Source: Macrostomum lignano (lineage: Eukaryota). Taken from it: a DNA stretch of 64,000 nucleotides. Shown in pieces: positions 1-12,236 of this stretch. Each line of letters begins with the position of its first letter. Positions within the stretch are counted from its first letter, which is position 1. Made by a program: the position numbers and the translations under genes. The DNA lies in contig NIVC01000194.1 in the NCBI GenBank assembly GCA_002269645.1, positions 62,001 to 126,000 of the forward strand. The letters are read 5' to 3'. The notes below the pieces were generated by a model that did not search any database, was not told where the DNA came from, and worked only from the letters and a program-made list of their open reading frames with translations.

Positions 1-3000
1 GTGTGTAGCTTGCTTTGGCAGCTTGCTTTGGCAGGTGTCTAGGTTGCAACCTAGGGTGTGTAGCTTGCTTTGGCAGGTGTGTAGGTTGCAACCTAGGGTG
101 TGTAGCTTGCTTTGGCAGGTGTGTAGGTTGCAACCTAGGGTGTGTAGCTTGCTTTGGCAGGTGTGTAGGTTGCAACCTAGGGTGTGTAGCTTGCTTTGGC
201 AGGTGTGTAGGTTGCAACCTAGGGTGTGTAGCTTGCTTTGGCAGGTGTCTAGGTTGCAACCTAGGGTGTGTAGCTTGCTTTGGCAGGTGTGTAGGTTGCA
301 ACCTAGGGTGTGTAGCTTGCTTTGGCAGGTGTGTAGGTTGCAACCTAGGGTGTGTAGCTTGCTTTGGCGGGTGTGTAGCTTGCTTTGGCGGGTGTGTAGG
401 TTGCAACCTAGGGTGTGTAGCTTGCTTTGGCGGGTGTCTAGGTTGCAACCTAGGGTGTGTAGCTTGCTTTGGCAGGTGTGTAGGTTGCAACCTAGGGTGT
501 GTAGCTTGCTTTGGCGGTGTGTAGCTTGCTTTGGCAGGTGTGTAGGTTGCAACCTAGGGTGTGTAGCTTGCTTTGGCAGGTGTGTAGGTTGCAACCTAGG
601 GTGTGTAGCTTGCTTTGGCAGGTGTGTAGGTTGCAACCTAGGGTGTGTAGCTTGCTTTGGCAGGTGTGTAGGTTGCAACCTAGGGTGTGTAGCTTGCTTT
701 GGCAGGTGTGTAGGTTGCAACCTAGGGTGTGTAGCTTGCTTTGGCAGGTGTGTAGGTTGCAACCTAGGGTGTGTAGCTTGCTTTGGCAGGTGTGTAGGTT
801 GCAACCTAGGGTGTGTAGCTTGCTTTGGCAGGTGTGTAGGTTGCAACCTAGGGTGTGTAGCTTGCTTTGGCAGGTGTGTAGGTTGCAACCTAGGGTGTGT
901 AGCTTGCTTTGGCAGGTGTGTAGGTTGCAACCTAGGGTGTGTAGCTTGCTTTGGCAGGTGTGTAGGTTGCAACCTAGGGTGTGTAGCTTGCTTTGGCAGG
1001 TGTGTAGGTTGCAACCTAGGGTGTGTAGCTTGCTTTGGCGGTGTGTAGCTTGCTTTGGCAGGTGTGTAGGTTGCAACCTAGGGTGTGTAGCTTGCTTTGG
1101 CAGGTGTGTAGGTTGCAACCTAGGGTGTGTAGCTTGCTTTGGCAGGTGTGTCTAGGTTGCAACCTAGGGTGTGTAGCTTGCTTTGGCAGGTGTGTAGGTT
1201 GCAACCTAGGGTGTGTAGCTTGCTTTGGCAGGTGTGTAGGTTGCAACCTAGGGTGTGTAGCTTGCTTTGGCAGGTGTGTAGGTTGCAACCTAGGGTGTGT
1301 AGCTTGCTTTGGCAGGTGTGTAGGTTGCAACCTAGGGTGTGTAGCTTGCTTTGGCAGGTGTGTAGGTTGCAACCTAGGGTGTGTAGCTTGCTTTGGCAGG
1401 TGTGTAGGTTGCAACCTAGGGTGTGTAGCTTGCTTTGGCAGGTGTGTAGGTTGCAACCTAGGGTGTGTAGCTTGCTTTGGCAGGTGTCTAGGTTGCAACC
1501 TAGGGTGTGTAGCTTGCTTTGGCAGGTGTGTAGGTTGCAACCTAGGGTGTGTAGCTTGCTTTGGCAGGTGTGTAGGTTGCAACCTAGGGTGTGTAGCTTG
1601 CTTTGGCAGGTGTGTAGGTTGCAACCTAGGGTGTGTAGCTTGCTTTGGCAGGTGTGTAGGTTGCAACCTAGGGTGTGTAGCTTGCTTTGGCAGGTGTGTA
1701 GGTTGCAACCTAGGGTGTGTAGCTTGCTTTGGCAGGTGTGTAGGTTGCAACCTAGGGTGTGTAGCTTGCTTTGGCAGGTGTGTAGGTTGCAACCTAGGGT
1801 GTGTAGCTTGCTTTGGCAGGTGTGTAGGTTGCAACCTAGGGTGTGTAGCTTGCTTTGGCAGGTGTGTAGGTTGCAACCTAGGGTGTGTAGCTTGCTTTGG
1901 CAGGTGTGTAGGTTGCAACCTAGGGTGTGTAGCTTGCTTTGGCAGGTGTGTAGGTTGCAACCTAGGGTGTGTAGCTTGCTTTGGCAGGTGTGTAGGTTGC
2001 AACCTAGGGTGTGTAGCTTGCTTTGGCAGGTGTGTAGGTTGCAACCTAGGGTGTGTAGCTTGCTTTGGCAGGTGTGTAGGTTGCAACCTAGGGTGTGTAG
2101 CTTGCTTTGGCAGGTGTGTAGGTTGCAACCTAGGGTGTGTAGCTTGCTTTGGCAGGTGTGTAGGTTGCAACCTAGGGTGTGTAGCTTGCTTTGGCAGGTG
2201 TCTAGGTTGCAACCTAGGGTGTGTAGCTTGCTTTGGCAGGTGTGTAGGTTGCAACCTAGGGTGTGTAGCTTGCTTTGGCAGGTGTGTAGGTTGCAACCTA
2301 GGGTGTGTAGCTTGCTTTGGCAGGTGTGTAGGTTGCAACCTAGGGTGTGTAGCTTGCTTTGGCAGGTGTGTAGGTTGCAACCTAGGGTGTGTAGCTTGCT
2401 TTGGCAGGTGTGTAGGTTGCAACCTAGGGTGTGTAGCTTGCTTTGGCAGGTGTGTAGGTTGCAACCTAGGGTGTGTAGCTTGCTTTGGCAGGTGTGTAGG
2501 TTGCAACCTAGGGTGTGTAGCTTGCTTTGGCAGGTGTGTAGGTTGCAACCTAGGGTGTGTAGCTTGCTTTGGCAGGTGTGTAGGTTGCAACCTAGGGTGT
2601 GTAGCTTGCTTTGGCAGGTGTGTAGGTTGCAACCTAGGGTGTGTAGCTTGCTTTGGCAGGTGTGTAGGTTGCAACCTAGGGTGTGTAGCTTGCTTTGGCG
2701 GGTGTAGCTTGCTTTGGCAGGTGTGTAGGTTGCAACCTAGGGTGTGTAGCTTGCTTTGGCAGGTGTGTAGGTTGCAACCTAGGGTGTGTAGCTTGCTTTG
2801 GCAGGTGTGTAGGTTGCAACCTAGGGTGTGTAGCTTGCTTTGGCAGGTGTGTAGGTTGCAACCTAGGGTGTGTAGCTTGCTTTGGCAGGTGTGTAGGTTG
2901 CAACCTAGGGTGTGTAGCTTGCTTTGGCAGGTGTGTAGGTTGCAACCTAGGGTGTGTAGCTTGCTTTGGCAGGTGTGTAGGTTGCAACCTAGGGTGTGTA

Positions 3001-6000
3001 GCTTGCTTTGGCAGGTGTGTAGGTTGCAACCTAGGGTGTGTAGCTTGCTTTGGCGTGTGTAGCTTGCTTTGGCAGGTGTGTAGGTTGCAACCTAGGGTGT
3101 GTAGCTTGCTTTGGCAGGTGTGTAGGTTGCAACCTAGGGTGTGTAGCTTGCTTTGGCAGGTGTGTAGGTTGCAACCTAGGGTGTGTAGCTTGCTTTGGCA
3201 GGTGTGTAGGTTGCAACCTAGGGTGTGTAGCTTGCTTTGGCAGGTGTGTAGGTTGCAACCTAGGGTGTGTAGCTTGCTTTGGCAGGTGTGTAGGTTGCAA
3301 CCTAGGGTGTGTAGCTTGCTTTGGCAGGTGTGTAGGTTGCAACCTAGGGTGTGTAGCTTGCTTTGGCAGGTGTGTAGGTTGCAACCTAGGGTGTGTAGCT
3401 TGCTTTGGCAGGTGTGTAGGTTGCAACCTAGGGTGTGTAGCTTGCTTTGGCAGGTGTGTAGGTTGCAACCTAGGGTGTGTAGCTTGCTTTGGCAGGTGTG
3501 TAGGTTGCAACCTAGGGTGTGTAGCTTGCTTTGGCAGGTGTGTAGGTTGCAACCTAGGGTGTGTAGCTTGCTTTGGCAGGTGTGTAGGTTGCAACCTAGG
3601 GTGTGTAGCTTGCTTTGGCAGGTGTGTAGGTTGCAACCTAGGGTGTGTAGCTTGCTTTGGCAGGTGTGTAGGTTGCAACCTAGGGTGTGTAGCTTGCTTT
3701 GGCAGGTGTGTAGGTTGCAACCTAGGGTGTGTAGCTTGCTTTGGCAGGTGTGTAGGTTGCAACCTAGGGTGTGTAGCTTGCTTTGGCAGGTGTGTAGGTT
3801 GCAACCTAGGGTGTGTAGCTTGCTTTGGTGTGTAGCTTGCTTTGGCAGGTGTGTAGGTTGCAACCTAGGGTGTGTAGCTTGCTTTGGCAGGTGTGTAGGT
3901 TGCAACCTAGGGTGTGTAGCTTGCTTTGGCAGGTGTGTAGGTTGCAACCTAGGGTGTGTAGCTTGCTTTGGCAGGTGTGTAGGTTGCAACCTAGGGTGTG
4001 TAGCTTGCTTTGGCAGGTGTCTAGGTTGCAACCTAGGGTGTGTAGCTTGCTTTGGCAGGTGTGTAGGTTGCAACCTAGGGTGTGTAGCTTGCTTTGGCAG
4101 GTGTGTAGGTTGCAACCTAGGGTGTGTAGCTAGGTGTGTAGGTTGCAACCTAGGGTGTGTAGCTTGCTTTGGCGGTGTGTAGGTTGCAACCTAGGGTGTG
4201 TAGCTTGCTTTGGCAGGTGTGTAGGTTGCAACCTAGGGTGTGTAGCTTGCTTTGGCAGGTGTGTAGGTTGCAACCTAGGGTGTGTAGCTTGCTTTGGCAG
4301 GTGTGTAGGTTGCAACCTAGGGTGTGTAGGTTGCAACCTAGGGTGTGTAGGTTGCTTTGGCGGGTGTGTAGCTTGCTTTGGCAGGTGTGTAGGTTGCTTT
4401 GGAGGGTGTGTAGCTTGCTTTGGCAGGTGTGTAGGTTGCAACCTAGGGTGTGTAGCTTGCTTTGGCAGGTGTGTAGGTTGCAACCTAGGGTGTGTAGCTT
4501 GCTTTGGCAGGTGTGTAGGTTGCAACCTAGGGTGTGTAGCTTGCTTTGGCAGGTGTGTAGGTTGCAACCTAGGGTGTGTAGCTTGCTTTGGCAGGTGTGT
4601 AGGTTGCAACCTAGGGTGTGTAGCTTGCTTTGGCAGGTGTGTAGGTTGCAACCTAGGGTGTGTAGCTTGCTTTGGCAGGTGTGTAGGTTGCAACCTAGGG
4701 TGTGTAGCTTGCTTTGGCAGGTGTCTAGGTTGCAACCTAGGGTGTGTAGCTTGCTTTGGCAGGTGTGTAGGTTGCAACCTAGGGTGTGTAGCTTGCTTTG
4801 GCAGGTGTGTAGGTTGCAACCTAGGGTGTGTAGCTTGCTTTGGCAGGTGTGTAGGTTGCAACCTAGGGTGTGTAGCTTGCTTTGGCAGGTGTGTAGGTTG
4901 CAACCTAGGGTGTGTAGCTTGCTTTGGCAGGTGTGTAGGTTGCAACCTAGGGTGTGTAGCTTGCTTTGGCAGGTGTGTAGGTTGCAACCTAGGGTGTGTA
5001 GCTTGCTTTGGCAGGTGTGTAGGTTGCAACCTAGGGTGTGTAGCTTGCTTTGGCAGGTGTGTAGGTTGCAACCTAGGGTGTGTAGCTTGCTTTGGCAGGT
5101 GTGTAGGTTGCAACCTAGGGTGTGTAGCTTGCTTTGGCAGGTGTCTAGGTTGCAACCTAGGGTGTGTAGCTTGCTTTGGCAGGTGTGTAGGTTGCAACCT
5201 AGGGTGTGTAGCTTGCTTTGGCAGGTGTGTAGGTTGCAACCTAGGGTGTGTAGCTTGCTTTGGCAGGTGTGTAGGTTGCAACCTAGGGTGTGTAGCTTGC
5301 TTTGGCAGGTGTGTAGGTTGCAACCTAGGGTGTGTAGCTTGCTTTGGCAGGTGTGTAGGTTGCAACCTAGGGTGTGTAGCTTGCTTTGGCAGGTGTGTAG
5401 GTTGCAACCTAGGGTGTGTAGCTTGCTTTGGCAGGTGTGTAGGTTGCAACCTAGGGTGTGTAGCTTGCTTTGGCAGGTGTCTAGGTTGCAACCTAGGGTG
5501 TGTAGCTTGCTTTGGCAGGTGTGTAGGTTGCAACCTAGGGTGTGTAGCTTGCTTTGGCAGGTGTGTAGGTTGCAACCTAGGGTGTGTAGCTTGCTTTGGC
5601 AGGTGTGTAGGTTGCAACCTAGGGTGTGTAGCTTGCTTTGGCGGTGTGTAGCTTGCTTTGGCAGGTGTGTAGGTTGCAACCTAGGGTGTGTAGCTTGCTT
5701 TGGCAGGTGTGTAGGTTGCTGGGTGTGTAGCTTGCTTTGGCAGGTGTGTAGGTTGCAACCTAGGGTGTGTAGCTTGCTTTGGCAGGTGTGTAGGTTGCAA
5801 CCTAGGGTGTGTAGCTTGCTTTGGCAGGTGTGTAGGTTGCAACCTAGGGTGTGTAGCTTGCTTTGGCAGGTGTCTAGGTTGCAACCTAGGGTGTGTAGCT
5901 TGCTTTGGCAGGTGTGTAGGTTGCAACCTAGGGTGTGTAGCTTGCTTTGGCAGGTGTCTAGGTTGCAACCTAGGGTGTGTAGCTTGCTTTGGCAGGTGTG

Positions 6001-9000
6001 TAGGTTGCAACCTAGGGTGTGTAGCTTGCTTTGGCAGGTGTGTAGGTTGCAACCTAGGGTGTGTAGCTTGCTTTGGCAGGTGTGTAGGTTGCAACCTAGG
6101 GTGTGTAGCTTGCTTTGGCAGGTGTCTAGGTTGCAACCTAGGGTGTGTAGCTTGCTTTGGCAGGTGTGTAGGTTGCAACCTAGGGTGTGTAGCTTGCTTT
6201 GGCAGGTGTGTAGGTTGCAACCTAGGGTGTGTAGCTTGCTTTGGCAGGTGTGTAGGTTGCAACCTAGGGTGTGTAGCTTGCTTTGGCAGGTGTGTAGGTT
6301 GCAACCTAGGGTGTGTAGCTTGCTTTGGCGGGTGTGTAGCTTGCTTTGGCAGGTGTGTAGGTTGCAACCTAGGGTGTGTAGCTTGCTTTGGCAGGTGTGT
6401 AGGTTGCAACCTAGGGTGTGTAGCTTGCTTTGGCAGGTGTGTAGGTTGCAACCTAGGGTGTGTAGCTTGCTTTGGCGGGTGTGTAGCTTGCTTTGGCAGG
6501 TGTGTAGGTTGCAACCTAGGGTGTGTAGCTTGCTTTGGCAGGTGTGTAGGTTGCAACCTAGGGTGTGTAGCTTGCTTTGGCGGGTGTGTAGCTTGCTTTG
6601 GCAGGTGTGTAGGTTGCAACCTAGGGTGTGTAGCTTGCTTTGGCAGGTGTGTAGGTTGCAACCTAGGGTGTGTAGCTTGCTTTGGCAGGTGTGTAGGTTG
6701 CAACCTAGGGTGTGTAGCTTGCTTTGGCAGGTGTCTAGGTTGCAACCTAGGGTGTGTAGCTTGCTTTGGCAGGTGTGTAGGTTGCAACCTAGGGTGTGTA
6801 GCTTGCTTTGGCAGGTGTGTAGGTTGCAACCTAGGGTGTGTAGCTTGCTTTGGCAGGTGTGTAGGTTGCAACCTAGGGTGTGTAGCTTGCTTTGGCAGGT
6901 GTCTAGGTTGCAACCTAGGGTGTGTAGCTTGCTTTGGCAGGTGTCTAGGTTGCAACCTAGGGTGTGTAGCTTGCTTTGGCAGGTGTCTAGGTTGCAACCT
7001 AGGGTGTGTAGCTTGCTTTGGCAGGTGTGTAGGTTGCAACCTAGGGTGTGTAGCTTGCTTTGGCAGGTGTGTAGGTTGCAACCTAGGGTGTGTAGCTTGC
7101 TTTGGCAGGTGTGTAGGTTGCAACCTAGGGTGTGTAGCTTGCTTTGGCAGGTGTGTAGGTTGCAACCTAGGGTGTGTAGCTTGCTTTGGCAGGTGTCTAG
7201 GTTGCAACCTAGGGTGTGTAGCTTGCTTTGGCAGGTGTGTAGGTTGCAACCTAGGGTGTGTAGCTTGCTTTGGCAGGTGTGTAGGTTGCAACCTAGGGTG
7301 TGTAGCTTGCTTTGGCAGGTGTGTAGGTTGCAACCTAGGGTGTGTAGCTTGCTTTGGCAGGTGTCTAGGTTGCAACCTAGGGTGTGTAGCTTGCTTTGGC
7401 AGGTGTCTAGGTTGCAACCTAGGGTGTGTAGCTTGCTTTGGCAGGTGTGTAGGTTGCAACCTAGGGTGTGTAGCTTGCTTTGGCAGGTGTGTAGGTTGCA
7501 ACCTAGGGTGTGTAGCTTGCTTTGGCAGGTGTCTAGGTTGCAACCTAGGGTGTGTAGCTTGCTTTGGCAGGTGTGTAGGTTGCAACCTAGGGTGTGTAGC
7601 TTGCTTTGGCAGGTGTCTAGGTTGCAACCTAGGGTGTGTAGCTTGCTTTGGCAGGTGTGTAGGTTGCAACCTAGGGTGTGTAGCTTGCTTTGGCAGGTGT
7701 GTAGGTTGCAACCTAGGGTGTGTAGCTTGCTTTGGCAGGTGTCTAGGTTGCAACCTAGGGTGTGTAGCTTGCTTTGGCAGGTGTGTAGGTTGCAACCTAG
7801 GGTGTGTAGCTTGCTTTGGCAGGTGTGTAGGTTGCAACCTAGGGTGTGTAGCTTGCTTTGGCAGGTGTGTAGGTTGCAACCTAGGGTGTGTAGCTTGCTT
7901 TGGCGGGTGTGTAGCTTGCTTTGGCAGGTGTCTAGGTTGCAACCTAGGGTGTGTAGCTTGCTTTGGCAGGTGTGTAGGTTGCAACCTAGGGTGTGTAGCT
8001 TGCTTTGGCAGGTGTGTAGGTTGCAACCTAGGGTGTGTAGCTTGCTTTGGCAGGTGTGTAGGTTGCAACCTAGGGTGTGTAGCTTGCTTTGGCAGGTGTG
8101 TAGGTTGCAACCTAGGGTGTGTAGCTTGCTTTGGCAGGTGTCTAGGTTGCAACCTAGGGTGTGTAGCTTGCTTTGGCAGGTGTGTAGGTTGCAACCTAGG
8201 GTGTGTAGCTTGCTTTGGCAGGTGTGTAGGTTGCAACCTAGGGTGTGTAGCTTGCTTTGGCAGGTGTGTAGGTTGCAACCTAGGGTGTGTAGCTTGCTTT
8301 GTCGGGTGTGTAGCTTGCTTTGGCAGGTGTGTAGGTTGCAACCTAGGGTGTGTAGCTTGCTTTGGCAGGTGTGTAGCTTGCTTTGGCGGGTGTGTAGCTT
8401 GCTTTGGCAGGTGTGTAGGTTGCAACCTAGGGTGTGTAGCTTGCTTTGGCAGGTGTGTAGGTTGCAACCTAGGGTGTGTAGCTTGCTTTGGCAGGTGTGT
8501 AGGTTGCAACCTAGGGTGTGTAGCTTGCTTTGGCAGGTGTGTAGGTTGCAACCTAGGGTGTGTAGCTTGCTTTGGCAGGTGTCTAGGTTGCAACCTAGGG
8601 TGTGTAGCTTGCTTTGGCAGGTGTGTAGGTTGCAACCTAGGGTGTGTAGCTTGCTTTGGCAGGTGTAGGTTGCAACCTAGGGTGTGTAGCTTGCTTTGGC
8701 AGGTGTGTAGGTTGCAACCTAGGGTGTGTAGCTTGCTTTGGCAGGTGTGTAGGTTGCAACCTAGGGTGTGTAGCTTGCTTTGGCAGGTGTGTAGGTTGCA
8801 ACCTAGGGTGTGTAGCTTGCTTTGGCAGGTGTCTAGGTTGCAACCTAGGGTGTGTAGCTTGCTTTGGCAGGTGTGTAGGTTGCAACCTAGGGTGTGTAGC
8901 TTGCTTTGGCAGGTGTGTAGGTTGCAACCTAGGGTGTGTAGCTTGCTTTGGCAGGTGTGTAGGTTGCAACCTAGGGTGTGTAGCTTGCTTTGGCAGGTGT

Positions 9001-11840
9001 GTAGGTTGCAACCTAGGGTGTGTAGCTTGCTTTGGCGGTGTGTAGCTTGCTTTGGCAGGTGTGTAGGTTGCAACCTAGGGTGTGTAGCTTGCTTTGGCAG
9101 GTGTGTAGGTTGCAACCTAGGGTGTGTAGCTTGCTTTGGCAGGTGTGTAGGTTGCAACCTAGGGTGTGTAGCTTGCTTTGGCGGGTGTGTAGCTTGCTTT
9201 GGCAGGTGTGTAGGTTGCAACCTAGGGTGTGTAGCTTGCTTTGGCAGGTGTGTAGGTTGCAACCTAGGGTGTGTAGCTTGCTTTGGCGGGTGTGTAGCTT
9301 GCTTTGGCAGGTGTGTAGGTTGCAACCTAGGGTGTGTAGCTTGCTTTGGCAGGTGTGTAGGTTGCAACCTAGGGTGTGTAGCTTGCTTTGGCAGGTGTGT
9401 AGGTTGCAACCTAGGGTGTGTAGCTTGCTTTGGCAGGTGTCTAGGTTGCAACCTAGGGTGTGTAGCTTGCTTTGGCAGGTGTGTAGGTTGCAACCTAGGG
9501 TGTGTAGCTTGCTTTGGCAGGTGTGTAGGTTGCAACCTAGGGTGTGTAGCTTGCTTTGGCAGGTGTGTAGGTTGCAACCTAGGGTGTGTAGCTTGCTTTG
9601 GCAGGTGTCTAGGTTGCAACCTAGGGTGTGTAGCTTGCTTTGGCAGGTGTGTAGGTTGCAACCTAGGGTGTGTAGCTTGCTTTGGCAGGTGTCTAGGTTG
9701 CAACCTAGGGTGTGTAGCTTGCTTTGGCAGGTGTGTAGGTTGCAACCTAGGGTGTGTAGCTTGCTTTGGCAGGTGTGTAGGTTGCAACCTAGGGTGTGTA
9801 GCTTGCTTTGGCAGGTGTCTAGGTTGCAACCTAGGGTGTGTAGCTTGCTTTGGCAGGTGTGTAGGTTGCAACCTAGGGTGTGTAGCTTGCTTTGGCAGGT
9901 GTCTAGGTTGCAACCTAGGGTGTGTAGCTTGCTTTGGCAGGTGTGTAGGTTGCAACCTAGGGTGTGTAGCTTGCTTTGGCAGGTGTGTAGGTTGCAACCT
10001 AGGGTGTGTAGCTTGCTTTGGCAGGTGTGTAGGTTGCAACCTAGGGTGTGTAGCTTGCTTTGGCAGGTGTCTAGGTTGCAACCTAGGGTGTGTAGCTTGC
10101 TTTGGCAGGTGTCTAGGTTGCAACCTAGGGTGTGTAGCTTGCTTTGGCAGGTGTGTAGGTTGCAACCTAGGGTGTGTAGCTTGCTTTGGCAGGTGTGTAG
10201 GTTGCAACCTAGGGTGTGTAGCTTGCTTTGGCAGGTGTCTAGGTTGCAACCTAGGGTGTGTAGCTTGCTTTGGCAGGTGTGTAGGTTGCAACCTAGGGTG
10301 TGTAGCTTGCTTTGGCAGGTGTCTAGGTTGCAACCTAGGGTGTGTAGCTTGCTTTGGCAGGTGTGTAGGTTGCAACCTAGGGTGTGTAGCTTGCTTTGGC
10401 AGGTGTGTAGGTTGCAACCTAGGGTGTGTAGCTTGCTTTGGCAGGTGTCTAGGTTGCAACCTAGGGTGTGTAGCTTGCTTTGGCAGGTGTGTAGGTTGCA
10501 ACCTAGGGTGTGTAGCTTGCTTTGGCAGGTGTGTAGGTTGCAACCTAGGGTGTGTAGCTTGCTTTGGCAGGTGTGTAGGTTGCAACCTAGGGTGTGTAGC
10601 TTGCTTTGGCAGGTGTGTAGGTTGCAACCTAGGGTGTGTAGCTTGCTTTGGCAGGTGTGTAGGTTGCAACCTAGGGTGTGTAGCTTGCTTTGGCAGGTGT
10701 GTAGGTTGCAACCTAGGGTGTGTAGCTTGCTTTGGCAGGTGTGTAGGTTGCAACCTAGGGTGTGTAGCTTGCTTTGGCAGGTGTCTAGGTTGCAACCTAG
10801 GGTGTGTAGCTTGCTTTGGCAGGTGTGTAGGTTGCAACCTAGGGTGTGTAGCTTGCTTTGGCAGGTGTGTAGGTTGCAACCTAGGGTGTGTAGCTTGCTT
10901 TGGCAGGTGTGTAGGTTGCAACCTAGGGTGTGTAGCTTGCTTTGGCGGGTGTGTAGCTTGCTTTGGCGGGTGTGTAGCTTGCAACCTAGGGTGTGTAGCT
11001 TGCTTTGGCGGGTGTCTAGGTTGCAACCTAGGGTGTGTAGCTTGCTTTGGCAGGTGTCTAGGTTGCAACCTAGGGTGTGTAGCTTGCTTTGGCGGTGTGT
11101 AGCTTGCTTGTGGCGGTGTGTAGGTTGCAACCTAGGGTGTGTAGCTTGCTTTGGCAGGTGTCTAGGTTGCAACCTAGGGTGTGTAGCTTGCTTTGGCAGG
11201 TGTCTAGGTTGCAACCTAGGGTGTGTAGCTTGCTTTGGCAGGTGTGTAGGTTGCAACCTAGGGTGTGTAGCTTGCTTTGGCAGGTGTGTAGGTTGCTTTG
11301 GGTGTGTAGCTTGCTTTGGCAGGTGTGTAGGTTGCTAGGGTGTGTAGCTTGCTTTGGCAGGTGTGTAGGTTGCAACCTAGGGTGTGTAGCTTGCTTTGGC
11401 AGGTGTGTAGGTTGCAACCTAGGGTGTGTAGCTTGCTTTGGCAGGTGTGTAGGTTGCAACCTAGGGTGTGTAGCTTGCTTTGGCAGGTGTGTAGGTTGCA
11501 ACCTAGGGTGTGTAGCTTGCTTTGGCAGGTGTGTAGGTTGCAACCTAGGGTGTGTAGCTTGCTTTGGCAGGTGTCTAGGTTGCAACCTAGGGTGTGTAGC
11601 TTGCTTTGGCAGGTGTGTAGGTTGCAACCTAGGGTGTGTAGCTTGCTTTGGCAGGTGTGTAGGTTGCAACCTAGGGTGTGTAGCTTGCTTTGGCAGGTGT
11701 CTAGGTTGCAACCTAGGGTGTGTAGCTTGCTTTGGCAGGTGTCTAGGTTGCAACCTAGGGTGTGTAGCTTGCTTTGGCAGGTGTCTAGGTTGCAACCTAG
11801 GGTGTGTAGCTTGCTTTGGCGGGTGTGTAAGTTGCTTTGT
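1..11840. repeat. 42-bp tandem satellite (dimer of two related 21-mers), about 280 units, presumably intronic in PINCH; continues left of the window
   Basis: Unit GTGTGTAGCTTGCTTTGGCAG + GTGTGTAGGTTGCAACCTAGG. It contains the 14-bp palindrome TAGGTTGCAACCTA. Occasional half-unit deletions and a G>C variant are visible. Copy number is array length divided by 42. Confidence 0.98.
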
Positions 11841-11850
11841 CAGATTTTCT

Positions 11851-12200
11851 ATATCTATATCTCAGGCCTCTAGATCTATACAGCAGGCATCTATATCTAT
11901 ACATCAGTCATCTAGATCTATACATCAGGCATCTATATCTATACATCAGTCATCTAGATCTATACATCAGGCATCTATATCTATACATCAGTCATCTAGA
12001 TCTATACAGCAGGCATCTATATATATACATCAGTCATCTAGATCTATACAGCAGGCATCTATATCTAGACATCAGTCATCTAGATCTATACAGCAGGCAT
12101 CTATATCTAGACATCAGTCATCTAGATCTATACATCAGTCATCTAGATCTGTACAGCATTCATCTGGATCTATACAGCATTCATCTAGATCTTTACATCA
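11851..12200. repeat. second 42-bp (21+21) minisatellite directly abutting the first
   Basis: Unit ATCTATATCTATACATCAGTC + ATCTAGATCTATACAGCAGGC, about 8 degenerate copies, ending about 36 nt before the PINCH acceptor AG (12235-12236). Confidence 0.9.
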
Positions 12201-12236
12201 GGAATCTTGATCCATCTGTTTCGCCTCCCTTATCAG

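Noticed and set aside
1-11840. CRISPR-like array (palindromic ~40-bp repeats)
   Set aside because: Repeats are head-to-tail with no unique spacers, no cas genes are present, and the context is eukaryotic with spliceosomal introns.
15-11873. Very long Cys-rich or Pro/Gln/His-rich ORFs (up to 1795 aa) on both strands
   Set aside because: They are translations of the 42-bp satellite, which lacks stops in some frames. The ORFs switch frame at every indel and have no unique sequence.
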